Positions 19,990-29,383 of a stretch of DNA of 64,000 nucleotides are shown piece by piece. The position numbers and the translations under genes are program-made. How positions within the stretch are numbered: position 1 is the stretch's first letter; every line of letters begins with the position of its first letter. Source of the DNA: a phage; the sequence record OZ346228.1, one strand, 5' to 3'. The notes under the pieces are model-generated. The model did not search any database and had not been told where the DNA came from. It saw only the letters and a program-made list of their open reading frames with translations.

Positions 19990-21033
19990 TTATTTAACGT
20001 GTTTGAAAATACCTGCCAACTCGGTCATTGTCATGCGGGTGGTCTTCATAAGATCTGTCATAGCTTTCTCCATAATTGGAGATACTACCATAAAGTTTCC
20101 TTTAGTGAAACCTTTATTCCAGTCGGTCACCAACAGGGGTTTAAGTCCAGCTCCAAGACGTTCACCAGTTAAAGCACAGCATTTGCGAATATACGAACTC
20201 TTAAATTGGCTGAACGACAGATCAACTTTCATACCTACATCGTAGAACGTTTGACAATAGAAAGTGTAAGCTTTGGCAATCTCAACATCATCAGGTAGTG
20301 CAGGAACCTCTTCTGTAAGCTCCTCTTCGACCTCCTGAGTCTCTTTTTCCTCTTCATGCACCTGTTGCGTCATTTCTTCAATCTCTTCTGTGATAGGCTC
20401 GTTTACAATGTCGGAAATGTGCTTCTTGGGTGCACGATAAGTAACTTTAGACATCGGTAGCATATCTTCCTCCTCTTCTTCGTCAAAGAGTGCTAGTTTA
20501 TCCTCTTCCGTTCCATATTGCAAGATGAAATCTTCAAAAGTATAATCACCTTTCAATTTCTCCATACGCTCTTCGCTCAGGTGGAGCATCATCTGCTGGA
20601 CAATTTTTCGATCAGTTTCGTCTTTAATCAAGACTGCAGTCTTTTTATCTACCAGACAGTCCTTTAGAGAGTTGCATCTCAATCCCACCACACAACAGTT
20701 ATCAACCGCATAAGGACCTTCATCATCTATCCGCTCCAGAGATGGGTAGAAAGGATTCCCCAGCCCGTTTTCATCTGTGTGCATGTCAAAAGGTATAAGG
20801 GTATAGTCGCATACTCCATCTCCTAAAAGTTTTTTACCAAATAGGAGGTATTCTTCCCATGACAGGTCGAACTCTATATCTCGTTTCCGTGCGTTATTCT
20901 GTTTGCGTCTATATTTTTTGAGCAAGCGCTCTAACTCTTCTGGTGTATAATATTTTTCAAGATTCATGAGTCGTCTCTCGTGCTCTGTAAGTGAAGAAAT
21001 CGTATCAATTGTCTCAACAGATGTCAACATCAA
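19990..21033 (-). CDS. hypothetical protein with degenerate HNH-like motif and acidic linker
   Basis: 347 aa; PSLERIDDEGPYAVDNCCVVGLRCN resembles the SIDRID...GY...N...C..CN nuclease-like motif; Glu-rich linker; internal SD plus ATG at residue 194 sits inside a 29-bp inverted repeat. Confidence 0.5.
   Translation of the reverse strand: MMLTSVETIDTISSLTEHERRLMNLEKYYTPEELERLLKKYRRKQNNARKRDIEFDLSWEEYLLFGKKLLGDGVCDYTLIPFDMHTDENGLGNPFYPSLERIDDEGPYAVDNCCVVGLRCNSLKDCLVDKKTAVLIKDETDRKIVQQMMLHLSEERMEKLKGDYTFEDFILQYGTEEDKLALFDEEEEEDMLPMSKVTYRAPKKHISDIVNEPITEEIEEMTQQVHEEEKETQEVEEELTEEVPALPDDVEIAKAYTFYCQTFYDVGMKVDLSFSQFKSSYIRKCCALTGERLGAGLKPLLVTDWNKGFTKGNFMVVSPIMEKAMTDLMKTTRMTMTELAGIFKHVK
20431..20459 (-). 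repeat. 29-bp inverted-repeat copy spanning an internal ATG of the 347-aa ORF
   Basis: Reverse complement equals TACCGATGTCTAAAGTTACTTATCGTGCA at 22293-22321; perfect 29/29 match. Confidence 0.7.
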
Positions 21034-21109
21034 AAACGTGTTGACTTTACTCTAACTCCACAATATAGTGCACCCATTCGAAAGAAAACTAACATAGGAG
21101 CACTTACTT

Positions 21110-22009
21110 ATGGCAAATCTTAACAGTTTTAGTACGCGGTGGAAACAGGACATAACAACCAATCTTTCAGCTGGGGACATCCTTTCTGCAATTTACGAGG
21201 CTTTAGATGATAAAGCTACTTCAAAAGCGGTTTGTACCAACCCATTAATTCCTATAGTGATGAAGGTTATTGAGCGTAGATTGGTATCTGGGTCTGATAA
21301 GTGGACATATTTAGATAATGAAGGACACACCTATTCCAATGGGTATGTCGATATAAAAGTAGAATACGCGGTATCATACCGCCGGAGCGGTTCTGTAACT
21401 TTCAACTTCTCTGGAGGTTTTCGATCTCTGGCTACCTCACCTTTTGTTTCCTCAGAGGAGAAGTATGAGCTGCCATTTCTTTGGATGATGGCTAACGCGA
21501 CAGGAAAAACCCCCGTTAGCATCCGAGTAAAATACAACTACAACGGATCTAGTAAGATCTATGCCGAAAGTGTCTCAGCAAGTTTTTATTTTGTGATGGG
21601 GGATGGAATCCTCAAACATATAAAGATGTGCGATATGCATGATGTTATAAATGAAGTGACTGATAAGAATGTTCTAGTGAAAGACCTCAACAATTTTTAT
21701 ACACCTGGAGACTATTACGTCAGCCGTCCACTGTGCATCTTTAATGCCGCACACCCTCTAGGTGAGTATTTGATCGCCAATAGCGATATTGCCAATAACC
21801 GCTTCGAGGTAGCAAGAGTTCAGAATGAGGTATTGACATCTTGCAAGAGCGGTGATAAGTTTACCGAAGAAGAGATGGGTGTTTTAGAAATGATGGGATA
21901 TAAGTGTAGCCTTTGGGTAGATGAGGTGTTTAATGATTGCATCTATGGACAGGATATTTACCCATTAAAGAAGTATACTGATACAAGTTTAATTTATGCG
22001 AGGGTTTGA
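21110..22009 (+). CDS. hypothetical protein
   Basis: 299-aa ORF, first gene of the rightward cluster. Confidence 0.5.
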   Translation: MANLNSFSTRWKQDITTNLSAGDILSAIYEALDDKATSKAVCTNPLIPIVMKVIERRLVSGSDKWTYLDNEGHTYSNGYVDIKVEYAVSYRRSGSVTFNFSGGFRSLATSPFVSSEEKYELPFLWMMANATGKTPVSIRVKYNYNGSSKIYAESVSASFYFVMGDGILKHIKMCDMHDVINEVTDKNVLVKDLNNFYTPGDYYVSRPLCIFNAAHPLGEYLIANSDIANNRFEVARVQNEVLTSCKSGDKFTEEEMGVLEMMGYKCSLWVDEVFNDCIYGQDIYPLKKYTDTSLIYARV

Positions 22010-22284
22010 CTATGATGAAGGCATGTGGTAATGTATATTACGTCGGTGAACATGTTCAGGCAGACAGTGTGTGGAAATCTATTAAGTCCACCACTGACGA
22101 TGCCCTTCTGAGTGGACTATGTTTCCCCAATCCGGGAGACATCCTCCCTCATCCTGGAGATTTTGTTGTCAACAAGATGGACGGTTATACCGTGTGCCTG
22201 ATGGTTGAAAAAATCTTTTTAGACACTAGACACAATCACCGTCTTGTGTTAAAATTTCAAGAATGTAAAATGACAATTGCCTAA
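22006..22284 (+). CDS. hypothetical protein
   Basis: 92-aa ORF overlapping upstream stop by 4 nt. Confidence 0.45.
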   Translation: MTMMKACGNVYYVGEHVQADSVWKSIKSTTDDALLSGLCFPNPGDILPHPGDFVVNKMDGYTVCLMVEKIFLDTRHNHRLVLKFQECKMTIA

Positions 22285-22292
22285 GGAGACCT

Positions 22293-22321
22293 TACCGATG
22301 TCTAAAGTTACTTATCGTGCA
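22293..22321 (+). repeat. 29-bp inverted-repeat copy spanning the start codon of ORF 22298-22654
   Basis: TACCGATGTCTAAAGTTACTTATCGTGCA; partner at 20431-20459 on the opposite strand. Confidence 0.7.
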
Positions 22322-22654
22322 GCTATTTACTGCAATGAACACCCAATCAATAATGATGGTCACTGCCTTTTTAAAGAAAATCAATTGGGCTGTATTGTCC
22401 TCCCTGATGAAGGGGAAGGTTATCTGATTGCATTGACAGGGTTTGAACCTGAGGCTCTGGAAGCCAATCTGGACTACCTGGTAGAAGAGGGTGCTGCAGA
22501 CCTGGTTGCCAATGGCCTCTCCATAAGCCTTGACGAAGTAGAGCGCTTCATGGGCAATTACCGTGTAGTGCGTGAGTTTACTATCGAGGTGGAAACTCCC
22601 GAGTGGAGTAGCCATGAAACTAATGCCGAAGAAAAAGAAGAGGAGGTAGAATAA
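22298..22654 (+). CDS. hypothetical acidic protein
   Basis: ATG at 22298 preceded by AAGGAG; the track start at 22277 is TTG; the first 8 codons (MSKVTYRA) are identical at DNA level to an internal segment of 19990-21033. Confidence 0.5.
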   Translation: MSKVTYRAAIYCNEHPINNDGHCLFKENQLGCIVLPDEGEGYLIALTGFEPEALEANLDYLVEEGAADLVANGLSISLDEVERFMGNYRVVREFTIEVETPEWSSHETNAEEKEEEVE

Positions 22655-22911
22655 TGAAAGTGCAGATCTTGACTAATGCCGAGAAGATGTTTATTGAAGA
22701 TACACCTTTTGAAGCTGGTGAGCTACAGTTCGTTTATTTTGTTGACTTAGATAAGGTGTTTCCTGCACTGAATCTAGGTTTGGATGAAGTTCCTCATAAG
22801 GTTTTGTGCCAAGTTGTTCGTGCCTTAGCGGCAGAGGGGGAGTTCCACACCCTTCAAGATGTCCAGACCTACGGGTATCTTGAACTACAACGAGAAGAAG
22901 AGGTGGACTGA
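22654..22911 (+). CDS. hypothetical protein
   Basis: 85-aa ORF, coupled to upstream gene. Confidence 0.45.
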   Translation: MKVQILTNAEKMFIEDTPFEAGELQFVYFVDLDKVFPALNLGLDEVPHKVLCQVVRALAAEGEFHTLQDVQTYGYLELQREEEVD

Positions 22912-22913
22912 TA

Positions 22914-23294
22914 ATGGCTCAGTGGAAGACGACAGTTGACCTTCATGATCAGTGGTTAGGACGCATCACTGAAGACGGGAAGCTAGTGGAGTGGGACAAT
23001 AAGCATGTTAGCGAGTTGGCAAGTATTGTGGCTGGCAAGTTACGCTCCAAGTTCCCTGAACAACTGGATCCTGATAGTTCAAAGTTCGATCCTGAGTTGG
23101 AGGATGTTGTATACTACTTCGATACCGTGGATGACTACGATGCGTGGTTTGCAGCACGGGAGCTTTACCCACAAGGCTCTGCTATGCGCCAGATGGAAGA
23201 AGATTATCCTCCGTGTGAGCAATTCAATAGTGCAATGACTTGCCTCTATGATTGGGCAGATAAGAACCTTGTCTGGATTCGGACTGCATTTTAG
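22914..23294 (+). CDS. hypothetical protein
   Basis: 126-aa ORF. Confidence 0.5.
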   Translation: MAQWKTTVDLHDQWLGRITEDGKLVEWDNKHVSELASIVAGKLRSKFPEQLDPDSSKFDPELEDVVYYFDTVDDYDAWFAARELYPQGSAMRQMEEDYPPCEQFNSAMTCLYDWADKNLVWIRTAF

Positions 23295-23338
23295 TGGGCA
23301 GGAATGGCGGCAAGGATGCCGCTTAAGGAGTAGTAGAG

Positions 23339-23608
23339 ATGTTATACCAGCAATATGAACTTCGTGCAGAAAAAGAGTTAAATTTTGACAAAGATATTCA
23401 CAGATATTATTATGGGAAAGTTAGAGGGCAAGCAAGAAAGTGTACTCCAACACTCTTTTATGCCAGCAGACGACTAGCGCCAGAAGAGGCAACAGCAGAA
23501 AGGGTTGCGTACAACTGGAGAGTCACGTATGATATTGACAGATTCGATGTGATATCTGTTTTGGAAAACTTTGAAAACACTTACACACAAGTAGAGGACT
23601 TTTACTAA
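23339..23608 (+). CDS. hypothetical protein
   Basis: 89-aa ORF immediately upstream of the AAA ATPase. Confidence 0.45.
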   Translation: MLYQQYELRAEKELNFDKDIHRYYYGKVRGQARKCTPTLFYASRRLAPEEATAERVAYNWRVTYDIDRFDVISVLENFENTYTQVEDFY

Positions 23609-24792
23609 TGTCAAGAAACGTATTCGAAAGTGGTCAAATCACTGTCCGTGAGTTGCCAGCTATTATTCAGTTTGCCCAACGTCATAGCCGATCTGTCCTA
23701 ATTTTGGGACCAATGGGTGTGGGTAAAAGCCAGGTGATGAAGCAGATCGCTGATAATATGTTCGGTGAGCGAGATGACAACCTTGTTGACGTGCGACTGT
23801 CAGATAAAGATCCTGCCGACTTATCTGGGCTACCTATCCCTGTAGAAGCGGATGGAACTACACGTACAGTGTTTGCAATTCCAGAATTTTGGCCTGCGGA
23901 TCCTGACTGGAGCGGAATTATCTTTCTGGATGAGCTCACTCATGCAGATAACTACCTGCAAAAGGTTGCAATGCAAATTATGCTTGACCACAAGTGCGGC
24001 ACCTATGCATTCCCTAAGGGTTCTGTTTTTGTGGCTGCGGGTAACCGTTCTACAGATGGTGCGGTTCTTTCGGCGCTCGAAGCCCCTCTGGCTAACCGTT
24101 TTATCATTGTAGAGGTTACAAGCAATGCAGAGGTGTTTATTGAGGACTACGCATTCCTCAACGGGGTTCACTCCTCTGTAATTGGGTATCTGAAAAGAGT
24201 TCCATCAGCTATTGATAATTATGAGGCTATGGCTGAGATTAATTGTCCATCTTTTGCCACACCACGATCTTGGGTTGCTGCATCTGACATCTTGCACGAT
24301 TTTGACAGCGGTATTATTTCTGACGCTATGGCCCGTGTTCTTCTGCAAGGTGCTATTGGTCACACTGCAGCGGTAGAGATCTGGACATACCACACCAAGA
24401 AACGCAATTTACCGGAAATCGGTCGGATTATGGCAGGTGGCTGCAAAGAATACGTAGGCCCTAAGCAGCCAGACATTTTGTGGATTCTTGGATCTGAAGG
24501 TTGTATCGCTATTCGTAATATGATGGAAAATGCAAGTATCTCAGACGAAGATCTTGTCAGCTGTGTGGCAAACTTCCTCGATTTCCTTTGGGAAAACTTC
24601 AAGGACGAGAACCGAGATTTTGTATTCTCAGTCTTTATGGCGATGATGAAACCTAATGCCTTAGGAAATGCCTTGCTTATCGGTAAAGGGCGTGACAAGA
24701 TTGTTGCTCAGCTGATCAAAGCATACCCAAACCTGATGAAGATTGTAAAAGAGTTTGGTGAAGAGTTTAGCGCCATTTTGGCTAAAGCTTAA
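23608..24792 (+). CDS. MoxR-like AAA+ ATPase
   Basis: 394 aa; Walker A GPMGVGKS, Walker B IIFLDEL, AAGN sensor segment; fits MoxR/AAA_5-type ATPases. Confidence 0.8.
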   Translation: MSRNVFESGQITVRELPAIIQFAQRHSRSVLILGPMGVGKSQVMKQIADNMFGERDDNLVDVRLSDKDPADLSGLPIPVEADGTTRTVFAIPEFWPADPDWSGIIFLDELTHADNYLQKVAMQIMLDHKCGTYAFPKGSVFVAAGNRSTDGAVLSALEAPLANRFIIVEVTSNAEVFIEDYAFLNGVHSSVIGYLKRVPSAIDNYEAMAEINCPSFATPRSWVAASDILHDFDSGIISDAMARVLLQGAIGHTAAVEIWTYHTKKRNLPEIGRIMAGGCKEYVGPKQPDILWILGSEGCIAIRNMMENASISDEDLVSCVANFLDFLWENFKDENRDFVFSVFMAMMKPNALGNALLIGKGRDKIVAQLIKAYPNLMKIVKEFGEEFSAILAKA

Positions 24793-24802
24793 GGGGGGTT
24801 GT

Positions 24803-25183
24803 ATGGCTAAAGTAGGTAAGCGGGGAAACTACCTGGTGGTATTGACCGAGGAGCCGGAGAAGGAGTACGAATGCAGCTCCACTTGCGTGATCGATATCCG
24901 AGAAAAAGATGTAGATGAAATCTGGTTTAAAATATTGGACGCTTGCGATAGCAGTGATTATTTCTTCATTTATGTCAACGATAAGGCTGGATTCTTCCAT
25001 GACGACGGAGAGTTGCCGTATGAAATCTATGAACTTGTAGAGGCTTGCCATCGTGGAGATGCGGAGTTGTTTGGCCTACGGCTGAAAAGCGGTAAATTCT
25101 TCTATCAAGATGAGTGCATGAATCTTCATAACTTTGTAGAGGGAACTTGCAACGATGGAGAGATTTTGGCACACTACGATTAA
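24803..25183 (+). CDS. hypothetical protein
   Basis: ATG at 24803 after a G-rich RBS; the track start at 24755 overlaps the ATPase gene; terminator follows. Confidence 0.5.
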   Translation: MAKVGKRGNYLVVLTEEPEKEYECSSTCVIDIREKDVDEIWFKILDACDSSDYFFIYVNDKAGFFHDDGELPYEIYELVEACHRGDAELFGLRLKSGKFFYQDECMNLHNFVEGTCNDGEILAHYD

Positions 25184-25192
25184 TTTCTAAGA

Positions 25193-25222
25193 CCTCCCCC
25201 GCTTCGGCGGGGATTTTCTATT
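25193..25222 (+). terminator. rho-independent terminator
   Basis: CCTCCCCCGC-TTCG-GCGGGGGATT followed by TTCTATTT. Confidence 0.65.
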
Positions 25223-25232
25223 TGGAGTCATT

Positions 25233-25733
25233 GTGAAAATTAAGATCTTTGCTATTATTTTGAGCGCACTTTTATCGCTGCCTGTTGTTGCAGCACCAAA
25301 ACAAAAAGTATATCATACTTGCAAGCCCTCAGATACTAAGGAAAACATTCTGGCATGCAATATCTACAGGGAGGCTAGAGGGGATGGCACGATGGGTATG
25401 CTGGCATCAGGGTTTGCCACACTAAACAGGAAATCTCACCCCAAATACCCAGACACTATAAGAAAGATTGTCTACCAACCTAACCAGTTTTCGTGGACAA
25501 ACCACGGCAAAACTTTTAAGGTGACAGAAAAAGATTCATGGGATCACGCTAAAAGTCTTGCAAAGATGCTTCTAAAGGTCTATAATAACAACCATGTTGC
25601 ATACATGGCTATGGACATAACAGGTGGAGCAACACACTACCATACAACCAAAGTACGACCGAAATGGGCAAAAAAGATGCAGAGGACAGCTCAATTCGGG
25701 AGTCATATCTACTACAAGGAGCGCAATAAATGA
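25233..25733 (+). CDS. SleB-like cell wall hydrolase with signal peptide (endolysin candidate)
   Basis: 166 aa; N-terminal signal-like segment (KIFAIILSALLSLPVVAAP); CNIYREARGDG and QFSW motifs typical of SleB/Hydrolase_2 family; GTG start after GGAG. Confidence 0.7.
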   Translation: MKIKIFAIILSALLSLPVVAAPKQKVYHTCKPSDTKENILACNIYREARGDGTMGMLASGFATLNRKSHPKYPDTIRKIVYQPNQFSWTNHGKTFKVTEKDSWDHAKSLAKMLLKVYNNNHVAYMAMDITGGATHYHTTKVRPKWAKKMQRTAQFGSHIYYKERNK

Positions 25734-26275
25734 TTGTAAACAGTAATGAAACTAAAGCAGTACTAACCGGAAATATGGAGGTCACCAGGGGCTCAATTTC
25801 TCTGAACAAAGAGACTTTTGGGCTAATCATTAAAGGGATTTACGAAGATAAGGTGCTGGCAAGCTGCCGTGAACCAATCTTCAATGCTGTGGACTCCCAT
25901 GTTGAGTCTGGACGGGGTGATGTACCGATCATCATTCACTCTCCTACAGACCTTGAACCATACTTCTTTGTGCAGGACGTTGGATTGGGCATGTCGGAAG
26001 AGATGGTCCGCAACACTTTCATGAACCTCGGGGAGTCAACCAAGCGCAACAGCAACGCTCTGGTAGGTAATAAAGGTGTAGGTTCAAAGGCCCCGTTCAG
26101 CATGGTGGACACTTTCGATGTGATCAGTGTGCCATACCAACACAACAGTGCTAAGTGCCGTGCATGCCGCTACGAAATAGTAGCAGCACCGGAATCACGC
26201 AAAGATGGCGATCCGATTGAATACGTAGTTGACCGTGATGGTAACATCATCGACATTATCTACGAGGAGGCGTAA
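25730..26275 (+). CDS. stand-alone GHKL (Bergerat-fold) ATPase domain protein
   Basis: 181 aa; N box EPIFNAVDSH, G1 box VQDVGLGMS, G2 box GNKGVGSKAPF in canonical order; resembles Hsp90/MutL-type ATPase N-domain. Confidence 0.6.
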   Translation: MIVNSNETKAVLTGNMEVTRGSISLNKETFGLIIKGIYEDKVLASCREPIFNAVDSHVESGRGDVPIIIHSPTDLEPYFFVQDVGLGMSEEMVRNTFMNLGESTKRNSNALVGNKGVGSKAPFSMVDTFDVISVPYQHNSAKCRACRYEIVAAPESRKDGDPIEYVVDRDGNIIDIIYEEA

Positions 26276-27645
26276 TGGAAAAAGGGCAGTATGACGTAGG
26301 CACAGATGCTGCCCTCATTGCAATCATGAGTGGTGAGAATGTCTTCGTTTCAGGACCTGCAGGTTGTGGGAAGACGTATCTCATCAACATGATCCAGTCA
26401 ATGTATGGAGACTCTTGCATAACGGTTGCCCCGACAGGGGTAGCCGCTTTAAACGTTAATGGAGCAACAGCACACCGAACATTCGATCTTGCAGCAGGTG
26501 TGAGCATGGAGTCGGACTGGACCGCAATAAGGGCAAAAACAGCAAAGCCTTTGAAAAGCAAGGCATTTACCATCCTAATTATCGATGAAATCTCTATGAT
26601 CCGTGCTGATAAGTTTATAGAGATGGATAGGAAACTCCGCTTCCTTCGAAAAAATGACAAACCTTTCGGAGGCATACAGGTCATATTGTTTGGCGATTTT
26701 TACCAGGCACCTCCTGTTGTCTCTTCTATGGAGAAGGAAGCCTACTTCAACTTCTACCATACGGACCTGTGTTGCTACACCGAATCTTGGAAAGAGCTTG
26801 ACCTCCACAACATAGCCCTAATAGATCAGTTCCGACAGGAGTCTATTCGATTTGCCACAATGCTTAACTGTGTTCGTGAGGGTCGTCGCATAAAAGAGGT
26901 TGTAGCAGAACTTAATGCTCGCTGTTACAAAGGTGGTGTACCAACAGATGCTCTCACAATTTGCGCCACCAACAAACAAGCAGAGGAAGTAAACAGAAGG
27001 TTCTATGATGCCATCAACGCCCCAGAGAAGGTATACACTGGTGAAATGAAGGGTAAGTTTCCCTCCACCCTGCCAGTTGAGCAGGAGATGAAGTTGAAAA
27101 TTGGCATGAAAGTTATGATAACCGCCAACGATGTTGACCCGACGCACAAAGTACCTTATTATGTTAACGGAACACGTGCCACAATTGTTAAATTTAAGAA
27201 CAAGGCGGTGGTGGTAGAGCTTGAAGATGGAACACAGGTTGACATAGAGCAGAGGTTGTGGGAGAATAACGAGTATAAGCCCTCTCAGAGATACAACATT
27301 GCAGAAAGGAAGATGGAGAAGTTTATAGAGAGGGTAGTGATTGGGTCATACAAGCAACTTCCTCTGAAATCTGGGTACGCCGTAACATCTCATAAAAGTC
27401 AAGGACTTACGCTAGATTGTTACAACCTAGACCTTGGAAAGAACGGAGCTTTCTCTCCTGGGATGACGTATGTCGCTTTGAGTAGAGTTAAGACAATACA
27501 AGGAATAAACTTGTTGCGTCCCCTAAGAGAAGTTGACATTATTGTTGACCCGCGAGTAGTAGAGTTTTACAATACAACATTCCCTGACTTAGACAAAATT
27601 GTCAGGAAAGATTTTGAAACCAGAGCAGAAGAGGGGGACGTATGA
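26275..27645 (+). CDS. Pif1/RecD-family (Dda-like) DNA helicase
   Basis: 456 aa; Walker A GPAGCGKT, IIDEISM, FYQAPPV, SHKSQG, YVALSR helicase motifs. Confidence 0.8.
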   Translation: MEKGQYDVGTDAALIAIMSGENVFVSGPAGCGKTYLINMIQSMYGDSCITVAPTGVAALNVNGATAHRTFDLAAGVSMESDWTAIRAKTAKPLKSKAFTILIIDEISMIRADKFIEMDRKLRFLRKNDKPFGGIQVILFGDFYQAPPVVSSMEKEAYFNFYHTDLCCYTESWKELDLHNIALIDQFRQESIRFATMLNCVREGRRIKEVVAELNARCYKGGVPTDALTICATNKQAEEVNRRFYDAINAPEKVYTGEMKGKFPSTLPVEQEMKLKIGMKVMITANDVDPTHKVPYYVNGTRATIVKFKNKAVVVELEDGTQVDIEQRLWENNEYKPSQRYNIAERKMEKFIERVVIGSYKQLPLKSGYAVTSHKSQGLTLDCYNLDLGKNGAFSPGMTYVALSRVKTIQGINLLRPLREVDIIVDPRVVEFYNTTFPDLDKIVRKDFETRAEEGDV

Positions 27646-27983
27646 GTTTGTGGAGAAATATCGTTAACTACGTGTGTGGCAATCCGACTCCTGAAGAGAA
27701 GGATGTTGTGATTCACGATTTTACTAAAAGATCTCGTGAAAAAGATCTACTGCTAACAAAGGTGACTGATAAAGATCCTGCAGTAGGGGACTGGGCAGGT
27801 TTTGCGTTTACATCGGACAAATACACCTTTAACAAAGGTGACTACCTTGTTGTGGATTTTAACGAAGACATTGAGGGTGCTGAACCTTACTATCAAACCC
27901 TTATTGTTGCAGGGTGTGTTAATCTCTCTGCAGGTATGCACAGTTTGATTCTTTTTGAGCTTGACTCTGAAGACCTTGAGTAG
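27642..27983 (+). CDS. hypothetical protein
   Basis: 113-aa ORF overlapping helicase stop by 4 nt. Confidence 0.45.
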   Translation: MSLWRNIVNYVCGNPTPEEKDVVIHDFTKRSREKDLLLTKVTDKDPAVGDWAGFAFTSDKYTFNKGDYLVVDFNEDIEGAEPYYQTLIVAGCVNLSAGMHSLILFELDSEDLE

Positions 27984-28044
27984 TAAGATGTGAGTATAAA
28001 GGGGAGGCACTCCTCCCCACAAAAACTAAGGAGAGCACCAAACG

Positions 28045-29370
28045 ATGAGTAAAACCAAATTAGAACTAACCTGGATAGGTAAAAACGAGCGCAAAAAGTT
28101 AGAGCCGCACATTTTGTTAGAAGATTCTAGCAAGTCTTACCACAGCCAGAAAGTGACCGAAAACGATATTTTTGATAATAAACTGATTTTTGGAGATAAC
28201 TTATTAGCATTGAAGGCGCTAGAGCAAGAGTATGCAGGCAAAGTGAAGTGTGTTTACATAGACCCGCCATTCAATACCGGGAGGGCTTTTGAGCACTACG
28301 ATGATAGCCTGGAGCATTCCATTTGGCTGGGCTTAATGAGGGATAGGTTAGAAATAATTCGTAATCTTCTAAGTGATGATGGGGTAATATTCGTTCACTT
28401 AGATGATTGCGAAATGGCGTATTTAAAAGTTTTGATGGACGAGATTTTTGGTCGTGCAAATCAGTTAAATACCATATCGATGACCACAAATTCCCCTTCG
28501 GGATTTAAGGCAACAGGAGCCACAGTTTTCTCCACAGCAAACTTTTTGCTTGTATATGCAAAAGATCGCACCCAGAAACCGCTTAATAAAATCTATATAC
28601 CTAAAGGGTACGATACAGGATATAACAAATACCTATTAAACCCGGATGACCATTATAAAAATTGGACGTGGTGCAGTATTGCCGATGCGTTTGCAAAGGC
28701 CAATGGCTATAAGGATGCAAAAGAAGCCAAGAAAAAACTGCCTGACACATTCGATGATGAATTAGCACAATTCGCAATTGATAATGCAGAACGTGTATTT
28801 CAATCTGTTGCAATTGGTGGTGGTGCTAAAATAAAGAGAAAAGAAACTATCGAGAAGTCAAAGAAAGATAGGGATAAGGTTTATGTACATCCAAATGAGG
28901 ATGTTGAAGGATTTTATATCGCAAATGGTAGGCAAATGGTCTTTTACTCCAATAGGCTTTTGGAAATTGACGGTGAGATGCAACCTGCGGAACTAATAAC
29001 TGATGTTTGGACAGACATTAGTTGGAATGGAATAGCAAATGAAGGCGGCGTTAGTTTCAAAAATGGGAAAAAACCAGAAGCGCTTTTGAAGCGGATTTTC
29101 GAAATGTGTACGCGAGAAGGCGATTTGGTATTGGATTCATTCGGTGGTTCGGGAACTACTGCTGCTGTAGCTCACAAGATGAAAAGACGTTGGATCTCAA
29201 TCGAGCTAGGTGATCATTGTCATACCCATATTATTCCGCGCTTGGAAAAAGTGATCGATGGCGAAGATCAAGGTGGTATTTCTAAGTCTGTAAGCTGGCA
29301 AGGTGGTGGTGGCTTCCGTTATTACAAACTCACCCCGGCCTTAGTTGCGAAAGATAAGTCTGATCAATAA
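28045..29370 (+). CDS. DNA amino-methyltransferase (beta-class; N6-adenine or N4-cytosine)
   Basis: 441 aa; catalytic DPPF motif N-terminal (VYIDPPFNTG), AdoMet motif FGGSGTT C-terminal: order IV then I as in Mod/beta-class enzymes. Confidence 0.8.
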   Translation: MSKTKLELTWIGKNERKKLEPHILLEDSSKSYHSQKVTENDIFDNKLIFGDNLLALKALEQEYAGKVKCVYIDPPFNTGRAFEHYDDSLEHSIWLGLMRDRLEIIRNLLSDDGVIFVHLDDCEMAYLKVLMDEIFGRANQLNTISMTTNSPSGFKATGATVFSTANFLLVYAKDRTQKPLNKIYIPKGYDTGYNKYLLNPDDHYKNWTWCSIADAFAKANGYKDAKEAKKKLPDTFDDELAQFAIDNAERVFQSVAIGGGAKIKRKETIEKSKKDRDKVYVHPNEDVEGFYIANGRQMVFYSNRLLEIDGEMQPAELITDVWTDISWNGIANEGGVSFKNGKKPEALLKRIFEMCTREGDLVLDSFGGSGTTAAVAHKMKRRWISIELGDHCHTHIIPRLEKVIDGEDQGGISKSVSWQGGGGFRYYKLTPALVAKDKSDQ

Positions 29371-29383
29371 AGAGTACAATCAA

